The notes: a model not told the origin generated them from the sequence alone. A DNA stretch of 64,000 nucleotides from Nannocystales bacterium (GCA_050633305.1 JBOEGF010000004.1:96001-160000); one strand, 5' to 3'; counted from the stretch's first letter, positions 10,972 to 21,451 are shown. Numbers and translations are program-made.

Positions 10972-12567
10972 CTAGCCGCGAGAGGTGAGCCACCAGGCCG
11001 CGGCCGCGAATCCCCCGAGGGTCACGAGCACCCAACCAAACGTGTACAGCGCCCGCAGATCTCGGGGCGGGCGGGGAGGTGCTTTCGGAGCCGGTCCGGT
11101 CCGAGGTGTGGCGCGTTGCTGGGAGAAGCGGAGCAACTCGGCGCGGTCTTCCGCCGTGTCGAGCAGCTTGTGCAACACCGGGATGGTCTCGACGGAGTGC
11201 TCCTCGCCGGTTGTTCGGTCCTGCACGGCGTCGTCGAGTCGGAGCTCTCCCTTGGATGCGCGCTCGGTGAGGGTGGCGAAGGCCAGGGGGCCTTCGAAGT
11301 CACCATCGCGTACCAGGAAGTAGGACCGCCCGGGTCGCGACGTGTCCAAGCCCGAGTCTCGGGGGCGCGCTCCGGGTGCGTCATCCGCGGTGCTCATCGT
11401 CTCCCCGACGTTGGGGACATCGCTGGCCACGCCGTCGATCGTCTCCAGTCGGCTGGCGACTTCGTCCATGTCTCCCATGGACAACCCGAGCAGCGATGAA
11501 CTCGACGCGGCGACCGGAGCCGGGGTCGCAGAGCGAGAGGGGCGCCCGGGAGGCGCGGGGGGAGGTGGCGTCCGGGGTGCTGCGGGCGGAACAGGGGGGC
11601 GTTTGGGCGGCGGAGGCGGGGGGCCGCGATGTGCCGTGGCGGAGCGGAGTGCGGCCGGCGGTGCGACCGGAGGGGGGATGCCCGGACCCGGCGGTGGCGG
11701 AATGGGGGCGGACAGCGTCGCGTGCCGCTCCAATGGGCCCTCTTTGAGAGCCTCTGCGAGCTCGTCGCGAAACGCTTCCACATCGGGGGGCCGGGCGGTG
11801 GGCGAGGGCGCGGTCGCCCGTTCGAGACACATCAGCAAGGAGGGCGGGCCGACCAAGCCGAGCGTGTGAATCGGTTGCCCAGCCTCGACCAAGGCGCGGC
11901 CGGTGACCATCTCCATGAACAGGGCACCGAGCGCAAAGACGTCCGTGCCCGGGCTGAGCTGTGGGGTGGAGAGCTGCTGTTCGGGGGTGACGTTGGGCAG
12001 GCGTCCGGCCTGACGATGCCGTGCGAATCCGGGCGTTCGGGTGATGTGACGCCCGATCGCTTGTGCGGACAAAAAGACGCGGCCCGACTCGCTGACGAAG
12101 GTCGTGTCGGCGTTGACGTAGCCGTGAATCACCTCCGGATGAAGGGCAGAGAGGGCTTGGCACAGGTGCCCCACCAGCGTGAACGCGGCCTCGCCATCGA
12201 GTGGGCGCCCGCGAGAGATGCGGTGCTCGACGAAGGCTCGGATCGTGGTCCCACCCGGGTCGTGCTCGAGGATCAGGAGCTCACGCTCCGGCCGACCGTA
12301 GCCGTGCAGCGGGAGCAAGCCGCGGTGGGGGAGCTGTGCCGCGGCGTCGAGGTCACGGCGCAGGCCGGCGAGGACGCCCAAGTCGGCGACGAAGACGGGG
12401 TCCACGACCGTCAGCAACACTGCCACGCCGTCCTGCCACGCGCGGTAGCACGTGCCGTGCGGTAGGTCGGTCAGGTGCTCGCGGATGCGCAGCGGTGAAC
12501 CCCCGGTGGCCCCAGGGGCCACGAGGTCACCGGGCTCGAGCTCGGCGTCGACCGGGAGCGCGTCCAC
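10972..12567 (-). CDS. Ser/Thr pseudokinase with Pro-rich linker, GYF-like domain and C-terminal TM helix
   Basis: Kinase-fold remnants (LPHRGLLPLHGYG, TPEQ, TDVFALG, RP), with HRD replaced by HGY and no DFG. GYF-like segment YFLVRDGDFEGPLAFATL and a hydrophobic C-terminus. Confidence 0.75.
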   Translation of the reverse strand: MDALPVDAELEPGDLVAPGATGGSPLRIREHLTDLPHGTCYRAWQDGVAVLLTVVDPVFVADLGVLAGLRRDLDAAAQLPHRGLLPLHGYGRPERELLILEHDPGGTTIRAFVEHRISRGRPLDGEAAFTLVGHLCQALSALHPEVIHGYVNADTTFVSESGRVFLSAQAIGRHITRTPGFARHRQAGRLPNVTPEQQLSTPQLSPGTDVFALGALFMEMVTGRALVEAGQPIHTLGLVGPPSLLMCLERATAPSPTARPPDVEAFRDELAEALKEGPLERHATLSAPIPPPPGPGIPPPVAPPAALRSATAHRGPPPPPPKRPPVPPAAPRTPPPPAPPGRPSRSATPAPVAASSSSLLGLSMGDMDEVASRLETIDGVASDVPNVGETMSTADDAPGARPRDSGLDTSRPGRSYFLVRDGDFEGPLAFATLTERASKGELRLDDAVQDRTTGEEHSVETIPVLHKLLDTAEDRAELLRFSQQRATPRTGPAPKAPPRPPRDLRALYTFGWVLVTLGGFAAAAWWLTSRG

Positions 12568-12639
12568 CCCACAAGGCTACCCCGAAGCCGCGCGTACACC
12601 GAAGAGTTGTCGGACAGACGGCGGCCCACGGTGCGCGAG

Positions 12640-14034
12640 CTAGATCCCGAGCGCCTCTTCGACCGTGGCGTTGCTGTTGTCGTCGCGGCCGCTGCGGATC
12701 CCCGCGAGCAATCCCCGCGCGGACTCGCGCGCTGCGGGAGTGGTCTCCTCGTCGTCGATGATGCGTTGCAGCCAGGGCTCTGCGCGCGCGCGAACCTCCG
12801 GGCTCGTGGCTCGCATTTGAGCCATCGAGAGGATCACCTTCATGGCGAACGTGTCCTGCGGCATGAAGAGGTCGACCCGGTCGTCCGGGTCTCCATCGGG
12901 ACGCATGCTCAGTTGAATGCGCGCACAGAGGGTGGCGTGCTCGGCTGGAGTCGCGCGGTCGTAGGCATCCATCAGCGCCAGGTTTGACTGCTCGTCGGCC
13001 AGGATGCCAAGACTGTGCACAAGTGCGCAGCGTACCTCGTGCGAAGCGGTGGGCAGCCGGGCCTCGAGGACTTTGACGACCTTGCGACCCCCGCGTTGAT
13101 CTCGATGCTGCGCGAGGGCCCAGGCGGCGAGGCGCTGCGTCTGCGGCCGGGCGGTGTACATAAGGTCCTCGAGAAGGGGGATGGAGGAGAGCGTCTGGAT
13201 GGATCCGAGCGCGTACAGGAGCCGGCCGTCGACCGTTTCATCGCGGTCCCGCTGCGCGCGGATCTCGTCGTGGATGGCACTGTCCGCCGCGCGGTGTTGA
13301 ACCCGGCCCAGCGAGACGAGCGCTTCCCGCCGGATTCGCGGGTCCTCGCTCCGAGAGGCGGCGGCGAGTGGGGCTTTGAGCGGCCGCCGGGTAGGAAGGT
13401 CGGTGAATCGACCTAGGGCCCATGTCGCCCAGATCGCGGGTTCTCCCCCTTCCTGGACCCGCCACTTGAGCGCCGGGAGGACCTGGGGTTCGCGCCGGAT
13501 CGACAGGGTTTGCACGGCCTCGATCTGCTCGGCCGGCGTCCCGATGTGCATGGCTACGACGTGTTGGCCGACCCGCCGGTAGTAGGAATCGAAGTCGCGA
13601 TTGACCAGGTTGAAGAGCGTGTAGGTGAGCACGCCACAGACGAGCAGTAAGAAGGGGAAGCCGATCGTCGTCCGCCGCAGCCCGGCGGCGATGTCGTCCA
13701 TCGAGTCGCTCTTCCCGCCCTTGGTGCTGAGCTGGGCGACACGGCCCTCGATGTGGGTCTTGCGGAAGCCGCCGCGGAAGAACAGTTCGTCGAAGAGGAA
13801 TGCGTCGGCGACTGCAACGATCACCATCGCGGTGTAGTAGCCGAACAACAGCGCCGTCTCGGCCCCGGATGAAGATGGGATGCCGCGGATGCTTCCCGCG
13901 ACGAAGATCGACATCGCAAACCCGCCGATGTTGGCCAGGATGACGAGGGTCCACAGCTTGACCCACACGGGAAGGGACCGTTGCACCCGGACTTGGGTGG
14001 AAGGCGAGCGCGACTGGGTCATCGATGTACTCAT
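12640..14034 (-). CDS. Membrane protein (about 3 TM helices) with C-terminal HEAT repeats
   Basis: Hydrophobic N-terminal segments followed by WALG, IRREALVSLG, LAAWALA and VRCALVHSLG repeats. Start set at MSTSMTQ (14034). Confidence 0.75.
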   Translation of the reverse strand: MSTSMTQSRSPSTQVRVQRSLPVWVKLWTLVILANIGGFAMSIFVAGSIRGIPSSSGAETALLFGYYTAMVIVAVADAFLFDELFFRGGFRKTHIEGRVAQLSTKGGKSDSMDDIAAGLRRTTIGFPFLLLVCGVLTYTLFNLVNRDFDSYYRRVGQHVVAMHIGTPAEQIEAVQTLSIRREPQVLPALKWRVQEGGEPAIWATWALGRFTDLPTRRPLKAPLAAASRSEDPRIRREALVSLGRVQHRAADSAIHDEIRAQRDRDETVDGRLLYALGSIQTLSSIPLLEDLMYTARPQTQRLAAWALAQHRDQRGGRKVVKVLEARLPTASHEVRCALVHSLGILADEQSNLALMDAYDRATPAEHATLCARIQLSMRPDGDPDDRVDLFMPQDTFAMKVILSMAQMRATSPEVRARAEPWLQRIIDDEETTPAARESARGLLAGIRSGRDDNSNATVEEALGI

Positions 14035-14245
14035 AGCGCGGTTGCGAAACGAAAGCCTGGTGAATGCAGGAAAACTCAGCGGTGTCTGGGGGTTGCGGTG
14101 TCTTCTTCGAGCTTGACTCGAGGCGCGGTTGCGGCCGCTGAGGCCCTCGGGAGATTGGACAGCCGGCCGGGCGAGAGGTTCCCGGTCAGCCCTCCTTGGG
14201 CCCCTTTTTTGGAAGGCCGCGGCGCGCCGCCTAGGTTCGGGCTCG

Positions 14246-15772
14246 ATGACTGAAGTTGCGCTCAGGACCGCTGCCGACGCACCCGACGGTGGACGCGCTG
14301 CGCCTGTGGAACGCCGAGACGACGGCGGTGCTGCGCGTGGCGGACCCGAATCGACAGCGGGTAGGATCGCCGCGCGCGTGGAAGGATTGGTTCTGCTCGG
14401 TGCGCTGGCGTGGGGCGGAACCCAGGTCCATGAAGCCTGGGCGGCCGGCCAGTCCGATGACACGGTCGTCCAGGGGGTTCGCATCGCAGGCGTGGACGCC
14501 GGGGGGCAGGGCGGGGATGGGCTTCTTCTTGTCGCCGAGGACGCGGGGCGCCAGGCCATGCAACGCGCGATGGTCTTGCGCGCTGGTGACGCTTCTGTAG
14601 AGACGACGGCGGCGGAGCTGGGGGCTTCGGCGGCCATCGACCGCGCTGTCATCTCGGCGCTCGAGGTCGCGCGCAGCGGTGACCCGGTGCTCGATCTGCA
14701 GGCCCGGCTTGCGGCCGCAGCGGGGGCCATCGACATGCCCGTGTCCTACAGCTTCGACGAGACCGCGGCGCTGGAACAACTGCAAGCTTTGGCACCCTCG
14801 GTCGAGAGCCCGTCGTTGCCGACGCGGCTGGACTTCGAGGGGCGCAAGGTGCTTCAGGCTCGGGCAGGCACTGCGCTGCTCGCCTACGACTCCCTGTCCG
14901 CGGTCGCGACCGGGCTGGCCTCGGGTGCCGCCGAGGTGGAGCTCGTCGTGGCGCGTAAGCCCGCGGTGGAGGACCCCTTGGGACATCTCAAGGGGACCCT
15001 GGACATCTCAGTGGTCCTGGGTAGCTTCGACACTCCGTACCGGTCGGACGAAGCGCACAAGGACCGGACCCACAACCTCAAGGTGGGCTCGACATCGATC
15101 GATGGGTTTGTCCTTCAGCCCGGGGAGGTGTTCTCGTTCAACGAGACCGTGGGAGCGCGTTCGGCCGAGAACGGCTACCGCTACGGCACCGGAATCTCCG
15201 GAGGAACGCTGGTGGACGTATTGGGGGGCGGAATCTGCCAGGTCAGCTCCACGATGTTTGGCGCCGGGTTCTTCGGCGGCCTCGAGGTCGTCTCGGCCCG
15301 TCCACACTCGCGCCCCAGCAGCTACGTGGACATGGGCTTGGACTCCACCGTGGTGTGGCCCAGCGTGGACATGAAGCTGCGTAACCCCTACGACTTCCCC
15401 GTCGTGCTGCACATGACCGTCTCCTCGGGAAAGGTGCATGCCGAGGTCTTGGGCCCGCGCCGGCCGTACCAGATCTCGTTCGAGCGCACGCTCGAGGAAT
15501 CACTCCCGTATCCGACGGTGTGGCGCGACGATGCTCGCTACCTCACCGGCTCGACGAGCCTCGCGCAGCGGGGACGTCGCGGCTTCAAGCTGAAGCGTAA
15601 GCGCAAGTTCTTGCAGGCGGGCGAGGTGGTGAAGACCGAGGACTGGGACCTGCGCTATCCGGCGACCACGGAGATCATTCGGCGGGGCACGAACCCGGCG
15701 GGAGACGTCCCGGAGAAGAAAACGCTGCCCGGACTCCGGGACCCCGATCCGACCCTCAAGATCGTTCAGTAG
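14246..15772 (+). CDS. VanW/YoaR-family protein
   Basis: RTHNL, PGEVFSFNETVG, GGGICQVSST, HS...Y..MGLDSTV and DMKLRN, with an N-terminal TM. Confidence 0.9.
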   Translation: MTEVALRTAADAPDGGRAAPVERRDDGGAARGGPESTAGRIAARVEGLVLLGALAWGGTQVHEAWAAGQSDDTVVQGVRIAGVDAGGQGGDGLLLVAEDAGRQAMQRAMVLRAGDASVETTAAELGASAAIDRAVISALEVARSGDPVLDLQARLAAAAGAIDMPVSYSFDETAALEQLQALAPSVESPSLPTRLDFEGRKVLQARAGTALLAYDSLSAVATGLASGAAEVELVVARKPAVEDPLGHLKGTLDISVVLGSFDTPYRSDEAHKDRTHNLKVGSTSIDGFVLQPGEVFSFNETVGARSAENGYRYGTGISGGTLVDVLGGGICQVSSTMFGAGFFGGLEVVSARPHSRPSSYVDMGLDSTVVWPSVDMKLRNPYDFPVVLHMTVSSGKVHAEVLGPRRPYQISFERTLEESLPYPTVWRDDARYLTGSTSLAQRGRRGFKLKRKRKFLQAGEVVKTEDWDLRYPATTEIIRRGTNPAGDVPEKKTLPGLRDPDPTLKIVQ

Positions 15773-15862
15773 GCCGGTTCCACTTTCTTGTCGCACATCC
15801 ACCCCTCACGTAACTCTGTGGAAGAGATCTGATGGAGATCTCCAAACCCGAGGACGCGAGCG

Positions 15863-16600
15863 ATGCGAGAGATGCACAAGTGGAAAGACAAGGTCGAGCT
15901 CAACCTCGACAATCGCCAGATCTTCTTCCTGTTTTTCGGCCTCAGTGTCGTCGGTTGCTTCGTGTTCGCGCTCGGGGTGATGGTCGGACGCCGGGTCGAG
16001 GTCGGACCTGGAGGGGAAGTCGCGGCGCTGTCGGCCGACTCGCTGTCGATCCTCGATGGCCACGGTGAGGTGGAAACCGAGCTGAGTTTCCAGCAGGGGC
16101 TCAAGACCTCGGAGATCGACGAAGTCCCTCCGACGCGAGACCTCGAAGCCGAAGCTGCAGCTGAGGAAGCCGAGGCGATGGGCATTCCGACCGCCGCGAT
16201 CGCGCAGGATGAGCCGGTCCCCGAAGCTGCGCCGAAAGCCGCAGAGCCCAAGCCCAAGGCGGAGCCCAAGCCCGCCAAGCCGAAGGCCAAGCCCGCAGCC
16301 AAGCCGAGCAAGAAGCCGACGGCTCTCGCGTCGTCCAACAAGAGCGCTGCCAAGGACAAACCCGGCGTCCGCAAGTTCACGCTCCAGATGAAGGCCTTCG
16401 CGAAGCGGGAGCAGGCCGACGCGTTCGCCGCCGAGCTCAACGCCAAAGGACACTCCGTGCGTGTCGAGTCCCAGGAGGTCAAAGGTCGCCTGTGGCACCG
16501 CGTCCGCGCCGGATCGTTCGACACCTGGGCCGCCGGCATCGCAGCCAAGGAGAACTTCGAGTCCAAAGAGAAAATCATCGCCTACGTCGTCCGCAAGTAG
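15863..16600 (+). CDS. SPOR-domain membrane protein (FtsN/DedD-like)
   Basis: N-terminal TM (FALGVMVG), Pro/Lys/Ala linker and C-terminal FTLQMKAF...WHRVRAGSF. Confidence 0.88.
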   Translation: MREMHKWKDKVELNLDNRQIFFLFFGLSVVGCFVFALGVMVGRRVEVGPGGEVAALSADSLSILDGHGEVETELSFQQGLKTSEIDEVPPTRDLEAEAAAEEAEAMGIPTAAIAQDEPVPEAAPKAAEPKPKAEPKPAKPKAKPAAKPSKKPTALASSNKSAAKDKPGVRKFTLQMKAFAKREQADAFAAELNAKGHSVRVESQEVKGRLWHRVRAGSFDTWAAGIAAKENFESKEKIIAYVVRK

Positions 16601-16623
16601 CTTCGAGCTGACGATGCGAACGG

Positions 16624-16649
16624 GGCTCCCTCTTTGAGGGGGCCTTTTT
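16624..16649 (+). terminator. Rho-independent terminator
   Basis: GGCTCCCTC-TTT-GAGGGGGCC hairpin followed by TTTTT, just after the SPOR gene. Confidence 0.75.
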
Positions 16650-16807
16650 GTGTTTGCGGGCTGCTGCGGTCATGCGATTCCTCCCGCGACCCGGCGTCCG
16701 TGCTTCGATCCTCTCTCCAGGGACCGCACAGGCCCCGCATTCGCGGTCCTCGACCCGCCGCCACGTCCGGGTAGCGAATCCCCAGCCCACTGCGGTACTC
16801 GATCGGC

Positions 16808-19453
16808 GTGCCTGCCCCGCACAACTCGGCCGACACCCCGGTGATGCGGCAATTCCTCGGTATCAAGGCCAACTACCCGGACTCGATCTTGATGTTCCGG
16901 ATGGGGGACTTCTACGAGCTGTTTTTTGACGACGCGGTCGAAGCCGCGCCGATCCTCGACATCGCGTTGACGACCCGTGACAAGGGGGTGGCCGACCCCG
17001 TGCCGATGGCTGGTATCCCGCACCACGCGCTCGGAGGATATCTCCGGACGATGGTCGAGCGCGGGCTCAAGGTCGCGATCTGTGAGCAGACCGAGACCCC
17101 GGAGGAAGCAAAGAAACGACCGGGGCCGAACATCGTCAACCGGGAGGTTGTTCGCGTGGTCACGCCCGGGGCGCTGGTCGACGAGGAGCACCTCCAGCCG
17201 GGGGTGCCGAACTACCTTGCGGCGGTCGTCGTCGCCGAGGGTGGCGTCGCCCTGTCTCTGTGTGACATCTCGAGCGCCGACTACTTCGTGCTGTGGGCCG
17301 ACAACAAGGAGGCTGCCCAGGCCGAGCTCGCGCGTTTCGATCCCCGAGAGGTGATCGCCGACGAGTCGCTGCATGGTTGGCTGACCGACTCGCTCGCGCC
17401 CGATGTGCCGCGGCTGGAGTACGCAGAGCCGCCGCCGGCCGTGGTGCGGCGGCGGGTGAAGGCCCTGGCCGAGGAGTCGGGGACCAAGACACTTCGCGAA
17501 TCCGAAGAGGTGGCTGCGGCGACGGTGCTGGCCTATGCCGAGGCGACGCAGCCCGGCCAGACGCTGTTGCTCCATCGGCTTCGTCGGCACGCGCCCTCAA
17601 ACCACCTCGTCCTCGATGAGACCTCGATTCGCAACTTGGAGCTGTTCCGAACCCTGCGCGACGGACTGCGCAAGGGGTCGGTGCTCTGGGCGGTCGATGG
17701 GACCAAGACCGCGATGGGCGGACGCCTGCTCCGACGCTGGCTCGGTGCACCCTCGCGCGATCGGCAGGTCATCGCCGATAGGCTCGATGCCATCGATGCG
17801 TTGGTGGCCGAACCGACCCTGAGGGCCGAGCTTCAGTCTCGGCTCAAGGACGTTCGAGATGTGGTCCGGCTGACCGCGCGAGCGCGCCTGGGGTCGGTCA
17901 ACCCGCGCGAGCTGGGCTCGCTACGCAACTCGTTGGCCGTGCTGCCGGAGATCGAGACGTTCTTGGCCGAACTCGCGGGGCGCCGGACCGATCGCACCGT
18001 GCCGCACCTGCTCTCGTTGGGTGAGGACCTGCTCGAGGACGTGTTCTCGGACCTCGTGGGTCTGCTCGTCGACCAACCCCCGGCGCACACGCGCGAGGGC
18101 GGCATGTTGCGTGCGGGTGCCGACGAGGAACTCGACGAGCAGCGTGGTCTTCGTGATGGTGGCCGTGAGGCGCTCGCTGCAATCGAAACGCGAGAGCGGG
18201 CGCGAACCGAGATCCCATCCCTCAAGGTCCAGCACAACCGGGTATTCGGGTACTTCCTCGAGGTGCCCAAAGCCCACCTGGCCAAGGTGCCACAGGAGTA
18301 CGTTCGCAAGCAGACGCTCGCCAACGCGGAGCGCTACGTAACCGAAGAACTCGCCGCTCTGGAGTCCAAGGTGTTGGGCGCACAAGCGCTGGCGTTGGCC
18401 CGGGAGCAGGAGCTGTTCGAGGCTTTGCGTGCACGGGTCAGCGCGCAAGGGGAGCGGCTGTGCGACATCGGTGAGCGGGTCGCCGCGCTGGATGTTCTTG
18501 CCGGTCTGGCCGAGGTCGCGCAACGAGAGGGCCTTTGTCGCCCCGATGTGGTGGAAGAGCCGGTGCTCGACATCGAGGCTGGGCGCCACCCCGTGGTCGA
18601 GCGGATGCTGGACGCGGGCCGCTTCGTGCCCAACGACGTCCATCTTCACGCGGCTGGAACCGAGGCTGCACGACTGTGGGTGCTCACCGGCCCGAACATG
18701 GGCGGCAAGAGCACGGTCATGCGCCAGACGGCGCTGATCACCATCTTGGCGCACATGGGCAGCTATGTCCCCGCCACGCGGGCGCGGGTCGGTCTCACCG
18801 ATCGTGTGTTTACCCGGGTTGGCGCAGCGGATGACCTCGGTCGCGGCGACAGCACGTTCATGGTGGAGATGCGGGAGACCTCGCAGATTCTCGCCGCGGC
18901 CACGCCGTCATCGTTGGTCTTGCTCGACGAAATCGGCCGGGGCACGGCGACCTTCGATGGACTCGCGTTGGCGTGGGCAATCACCGAGCATCTGCACGAT
19001 CAGGTGGGTTGCCGCACCATGTTTGCAACCCACTATCACGAGCTGTGCGCACTCGAGAATGTGCTCAGCGGCGTGCTCAACATGCACGTGATGGTGCACG
19101 AGCAACGCGGACGTATCGTGTTCCTGCACCAACTCGCCGAGGGGGCGGCCGGGCGGAGTTATGGGGTGCAGGTGGGACGCCTCGCCGGGCTCCCTGCGAG
19201 GGTCCTCCGGCGTGCTGCCCGGATCCTCGAGCGCCTCGAAGCCAATCCGCAGGGGGGGGCGTCTCCGCAGCTCTCGCTCTTCTCGCCTCAGGCCGGCGAG
19301 GCGGCCAGCCTCGGAGCGCCCGGCGGGCCTGACCCTGCGGCGGCAACCGAGGTGTTGGATGCGCTCGCGGACCTCCAGATCGACGACCTTTCGCCTCGTG
19401 CGGCCCACGACCTGCTCCGTGACCTTGTTGCGCAGCTCCACGGCGGCGAGTAG
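16808..19453 (+). CDS. mutS: DNA mismatch repair protein MutS
   Basis: TPVMRQF, FRMGDFYELF, TGPNMGGKST, STFMVEM, DEIGRGT, FATHYHEL and the clamp-binding motif QLSLF. Confidence 0.98.
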   Translation: MPAPHNSADTPVMRQFLGIKANYPDSILMFRMGDFYELFFDDAVEAAPILDIALTTRDKGVADPVPMAGIPHHALGGYLRTMVERGLKVAICEQTETPEEAKKRPGPNIVNREVVRVVTPGALVDEEHLQPGVPNYLAAVVVAEGGVALSLCDISSADYFVLWADNKEAAQAELARFDPREVIADESLHGWLTDSLAPDVPRLEYAEPPPAVVRRRVKALAEESGTKTLRESEEVAAATVLAYAEATQPGQTLLLHRLRRHAPSNHLVLDETSIRNLELFRTLRDGLRKGSVLWAVDGTKTAMGGRLLRRWLGAPSRDRQVIADRLDAIDALVAEPTLRAELQSRLKDVRDVVRLTARARLGSVNPRELGSLRNSLAVLPEIETFLAELAGRRTDRTVPHLLSLGEDLLEDVFSDLVGLLVDQPPAHTREGGMLRAGADEELDEQRGLRDGGREALAAIETRERARTEIPSLKVQHNRVFGYFLEVPKAHLAKVPQEYVRKQTLANAERYVTEELAALESKVLGAQALALAREQELFEALRARVSAQGERLCDIGERVAALDVLAGLAEVAQREGLCRPDVVEEPVLDIEAGRHPVVERMLDAGRFVPNDVHLHAAGTEAARLWVLTGPNMGGKSTVMRQTALITILAHMGSYVPATRARVGLTDRVFTRVGAADDLGRGDSTFMVEMRETSQILAAATPSSLVLLDEIGRGTATFDGLALAWAITEHLHDQVGCRTMFATHYHELCALENVLSGVLNMHVMVHEQRGRIVFLHQLAEGAAGRSYGVQVGRLAGLPARVLRRAARILERLEANPQGGASPQLSLFSPQAGEAASLGAPGGPDPAAATEVLDALADLQIDDLSPRAAHDLLRDLVAQLHGGE

Positions 19454-19508
19454 GCGCCCGGGGCCTGCCACCTGCCGCGGTTTCGTGTTAACGTCGCCGA
19501 AATCCGCC

Positions 19509-20576
19509 ATGAACACGACGGCAAAAGGTCTTCTCAGTGTGTTGGCTCTGTCCCTGGCGCTTGGCGCTGGCTGCGACAAGGACAAAGGAACCAACAATCC
19601 CGATGATGGGAGCAACCTGCTTGGCGTCGGCGGTGGCGGCGGAGGCGACGAGGACCTCGAAGGAGGCCTGTTCGGCGGCGAGGACGACGAGTTCGAGCTC
19701 GACGAGAATGCCGCGTGGGAGCCCGAGCCGCGTCCGAAGCTTGGCAAGCGAGGCAAGGCCACGGAGAAGTGCAAGACGACGGGCAAGGGGAAGAACAAGA
19801 CCAAGGAGTGCAAGATGGTCGACCCCAAGGCCGGCGTCAGCGCTGCGTACGGGGTCTACGCGCTCATGGAGGACTTCCGTTGGGGCATGAGCCCCGCCCA
19901 GGTGTACTCCGTTCTCTCGCGCGAGATTGAGACCGAGTACGAGAAGCGGCAGAAAGAGGCGAGCGACGCGACCGCTCAGGATGCGAACCGCCGGTGGCGT
20001 CAGGATCAGATGGCCTCGCTCAAGGCCGACCACACCAAATTCACCAAGGCCTCTCGCCATCGCTGGGGCGTCTCGCTCATCCAGTTTGAGTACGAGGACG
20101 ACAACAACGAGGCGATGCTCTTTGTGCGGACGGGCAACGGCCTTCGGAAGTTCTACTTCTTCAAGGACGACGAACTCTGGAAGATCTTCTACGCCTACGG
20201 CACCGACGTCTGGCCCGGCAAGAGCTACGAGGACATCGCCAAGGAGAAGTTCATGGAGTGGTTCGGGCAAGCGCCCGAGGTGAAGATCAAGGCCGACGAA
20301 AAGACCGGCTCGATGCTCATCCGCTACAACGAGTGGAAGTCGCAAGACAACGACATCGTGCGCTCCTACGATCTCACTCAGGTCCACGGTGCGATCGGAC
20401 TGACCGTGATCGATGGCAACGCCGAGAAGAGCATCGGCGAGCGTCTGCCCACCGGGCGCAAAGAAGGCGACCTCACGGACGCGGTCGATGACATCGTGGG
20501 CGGCACCGACGTTTGTTACAACGAAGAAGGCGACATCTCCGAGTGCTCGGAGAAAGAGGCCATGGGCCTCGAGTAG
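19509..20576 (+). CDS. Uncharacterised lipoprotein
   Basis: Lipobox LGAGC, a Gly/acidic linker and strong coding-type codon usage. No family recognised. Confidence 0.8.
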   Translation: MNTTAKGLLSVLALSLALGAGCDKDKGTNNPDDGSNLLGVGGGGGGDEDLEGGLFGGEDDEFELDENAAWEPEPRPKLGKRGKATEKCKTTGKGKNKTKECKMVDPKAGVSAAYGVYALMEDFRWGMSPAQVYSVLSREIETEYEKRQKEASDATAQDANRRWRQDQMASLKADHTKFTKASRHRWGVSLIQFEYEDDNNEAMLFVRTGNGLRKFYFFKDDELWKIFYAYGTDVWPGKSYEDIAKEKFMEWFGQAPEVKIKADEKTGSMLIRYNEWKSQDNDIVRSYDLTQVHGAIGLTVIDGNAEKSIGERLPTGRKEGDLTDAVDDIVGGTDVCYNEEGDISECSEKEAMGLE

Positions 20577-20785
20577 CCGAGCATCTCCGGCCCACGCAGC
20601 GGCGGCATCCTTTTCCGAAGCCCAGGGTTGGGGTTGGAGTTGGGGTCGCCGCTTTGTCGTGGTCCCGAGACGCACCGGGCCGTTGGGCGCCGTCCCTCGG
20701 GCTCGGGCTCTGCGGCACCGTCGGCCCAACTTGGGGCCCCCCGGCGCTTGCATCGGCGCCTGGACGGCCCGAAGAGAGTCAGGCT

Positions 20786-21451
20786 GTGGCAGGTCGACGC
20801 ATCGTCATCGTGGGAGCTGGGGGATTTGCTCGGGAGGTGCGGTGGTTGCTGCACGAAATCGAGCGCGACGGGGGCGAACGGTTCTCGTTTGCGGGATACG
20901 TCGTCAGCGACCTCTCAGCGCTTGGCGAACACGACAGTCGTGACGAGGTCCTCGGCGACCTAGGATGGCTTCACGAGCACCGTGACGCCTTTGACGGCCT
21001 CGCGATCGGCATCGGGTCGCCCGCCACCCGCTTGAGCATCCCACAGACCCTCCACGGGTTCGCGCAGGACCAATGGCCCGCCCTGGTCCACCCCTCGGTG
21101 CAAGCGGACCGGGAGTCGTGTGCGTTCGAACCGGGCGCGATCGTGTGCGCCGGAACCATCGCAACGGTCAACGTCACCGTGGGTCGGCACGCGCTGGTCA
21201 ACCTCGCCTGCACGATCGGCCACGAGGCGAGCATCGGGGCCGGCAGCGTACTCAATCCCACCGTGAACATCTCCGGCGGCGTACAGATCGGGGAGGGCGT
21301 CCTGGTGGGTACCGGCGCTCAGGTCCTGCAATACGTCGAGATCGGCGACGGCGCGACCGTAGGGGCCGGCGCCGTGGTGACCAAGGCCGTCCCGTCAGCA
21401 TCGACCGTGGTCGGCATCCCCGCCAAGCCGCTGCTTCGCCGCGCCGCCTGA
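20786..21451 (+). CDS. Sugar O/N-acetyltransferase (NeuD/PglD hexapeptide-repeat family)
   Basis: IVIVGAGGFAREV, AIGIGSP, TIGHE, hexapeptide repeats and VVGIPAK. Confidence 0.92.
   Translation: MAGRRIVIVGAGGFAREVRWLLHEIERDGGERFSFAGYVVSDLSALGEHDSRDEVLGDLGWLHEHRDAFDGLAIGIGSPATRLSIPQTLHGFAQDQWPALVHPSVQADRESCAFEPGAIVCAGTIATVNVTVGRHALVNLACTIGHEASIGAGSVLNPTVNISGGVQIGEGVLVGTGAQVLQYVEIGDGATVGAGAVVTKAVPSASTVVGIPAKPLLRRAA

Noticed and set aside
14246..15772. Vancomycin resistance locus (vanW)
   Set aside because: No vanA/B, vanH, vanX or vanRS nearby. VanW-like domains are widespread outside resistance clusters.
20625..20648. GGGTTG x4 telomere-like or G-quadruplex tract
   Set aside because: Short and degenerate in a roughly 70% GC genome, so plausible by chance.
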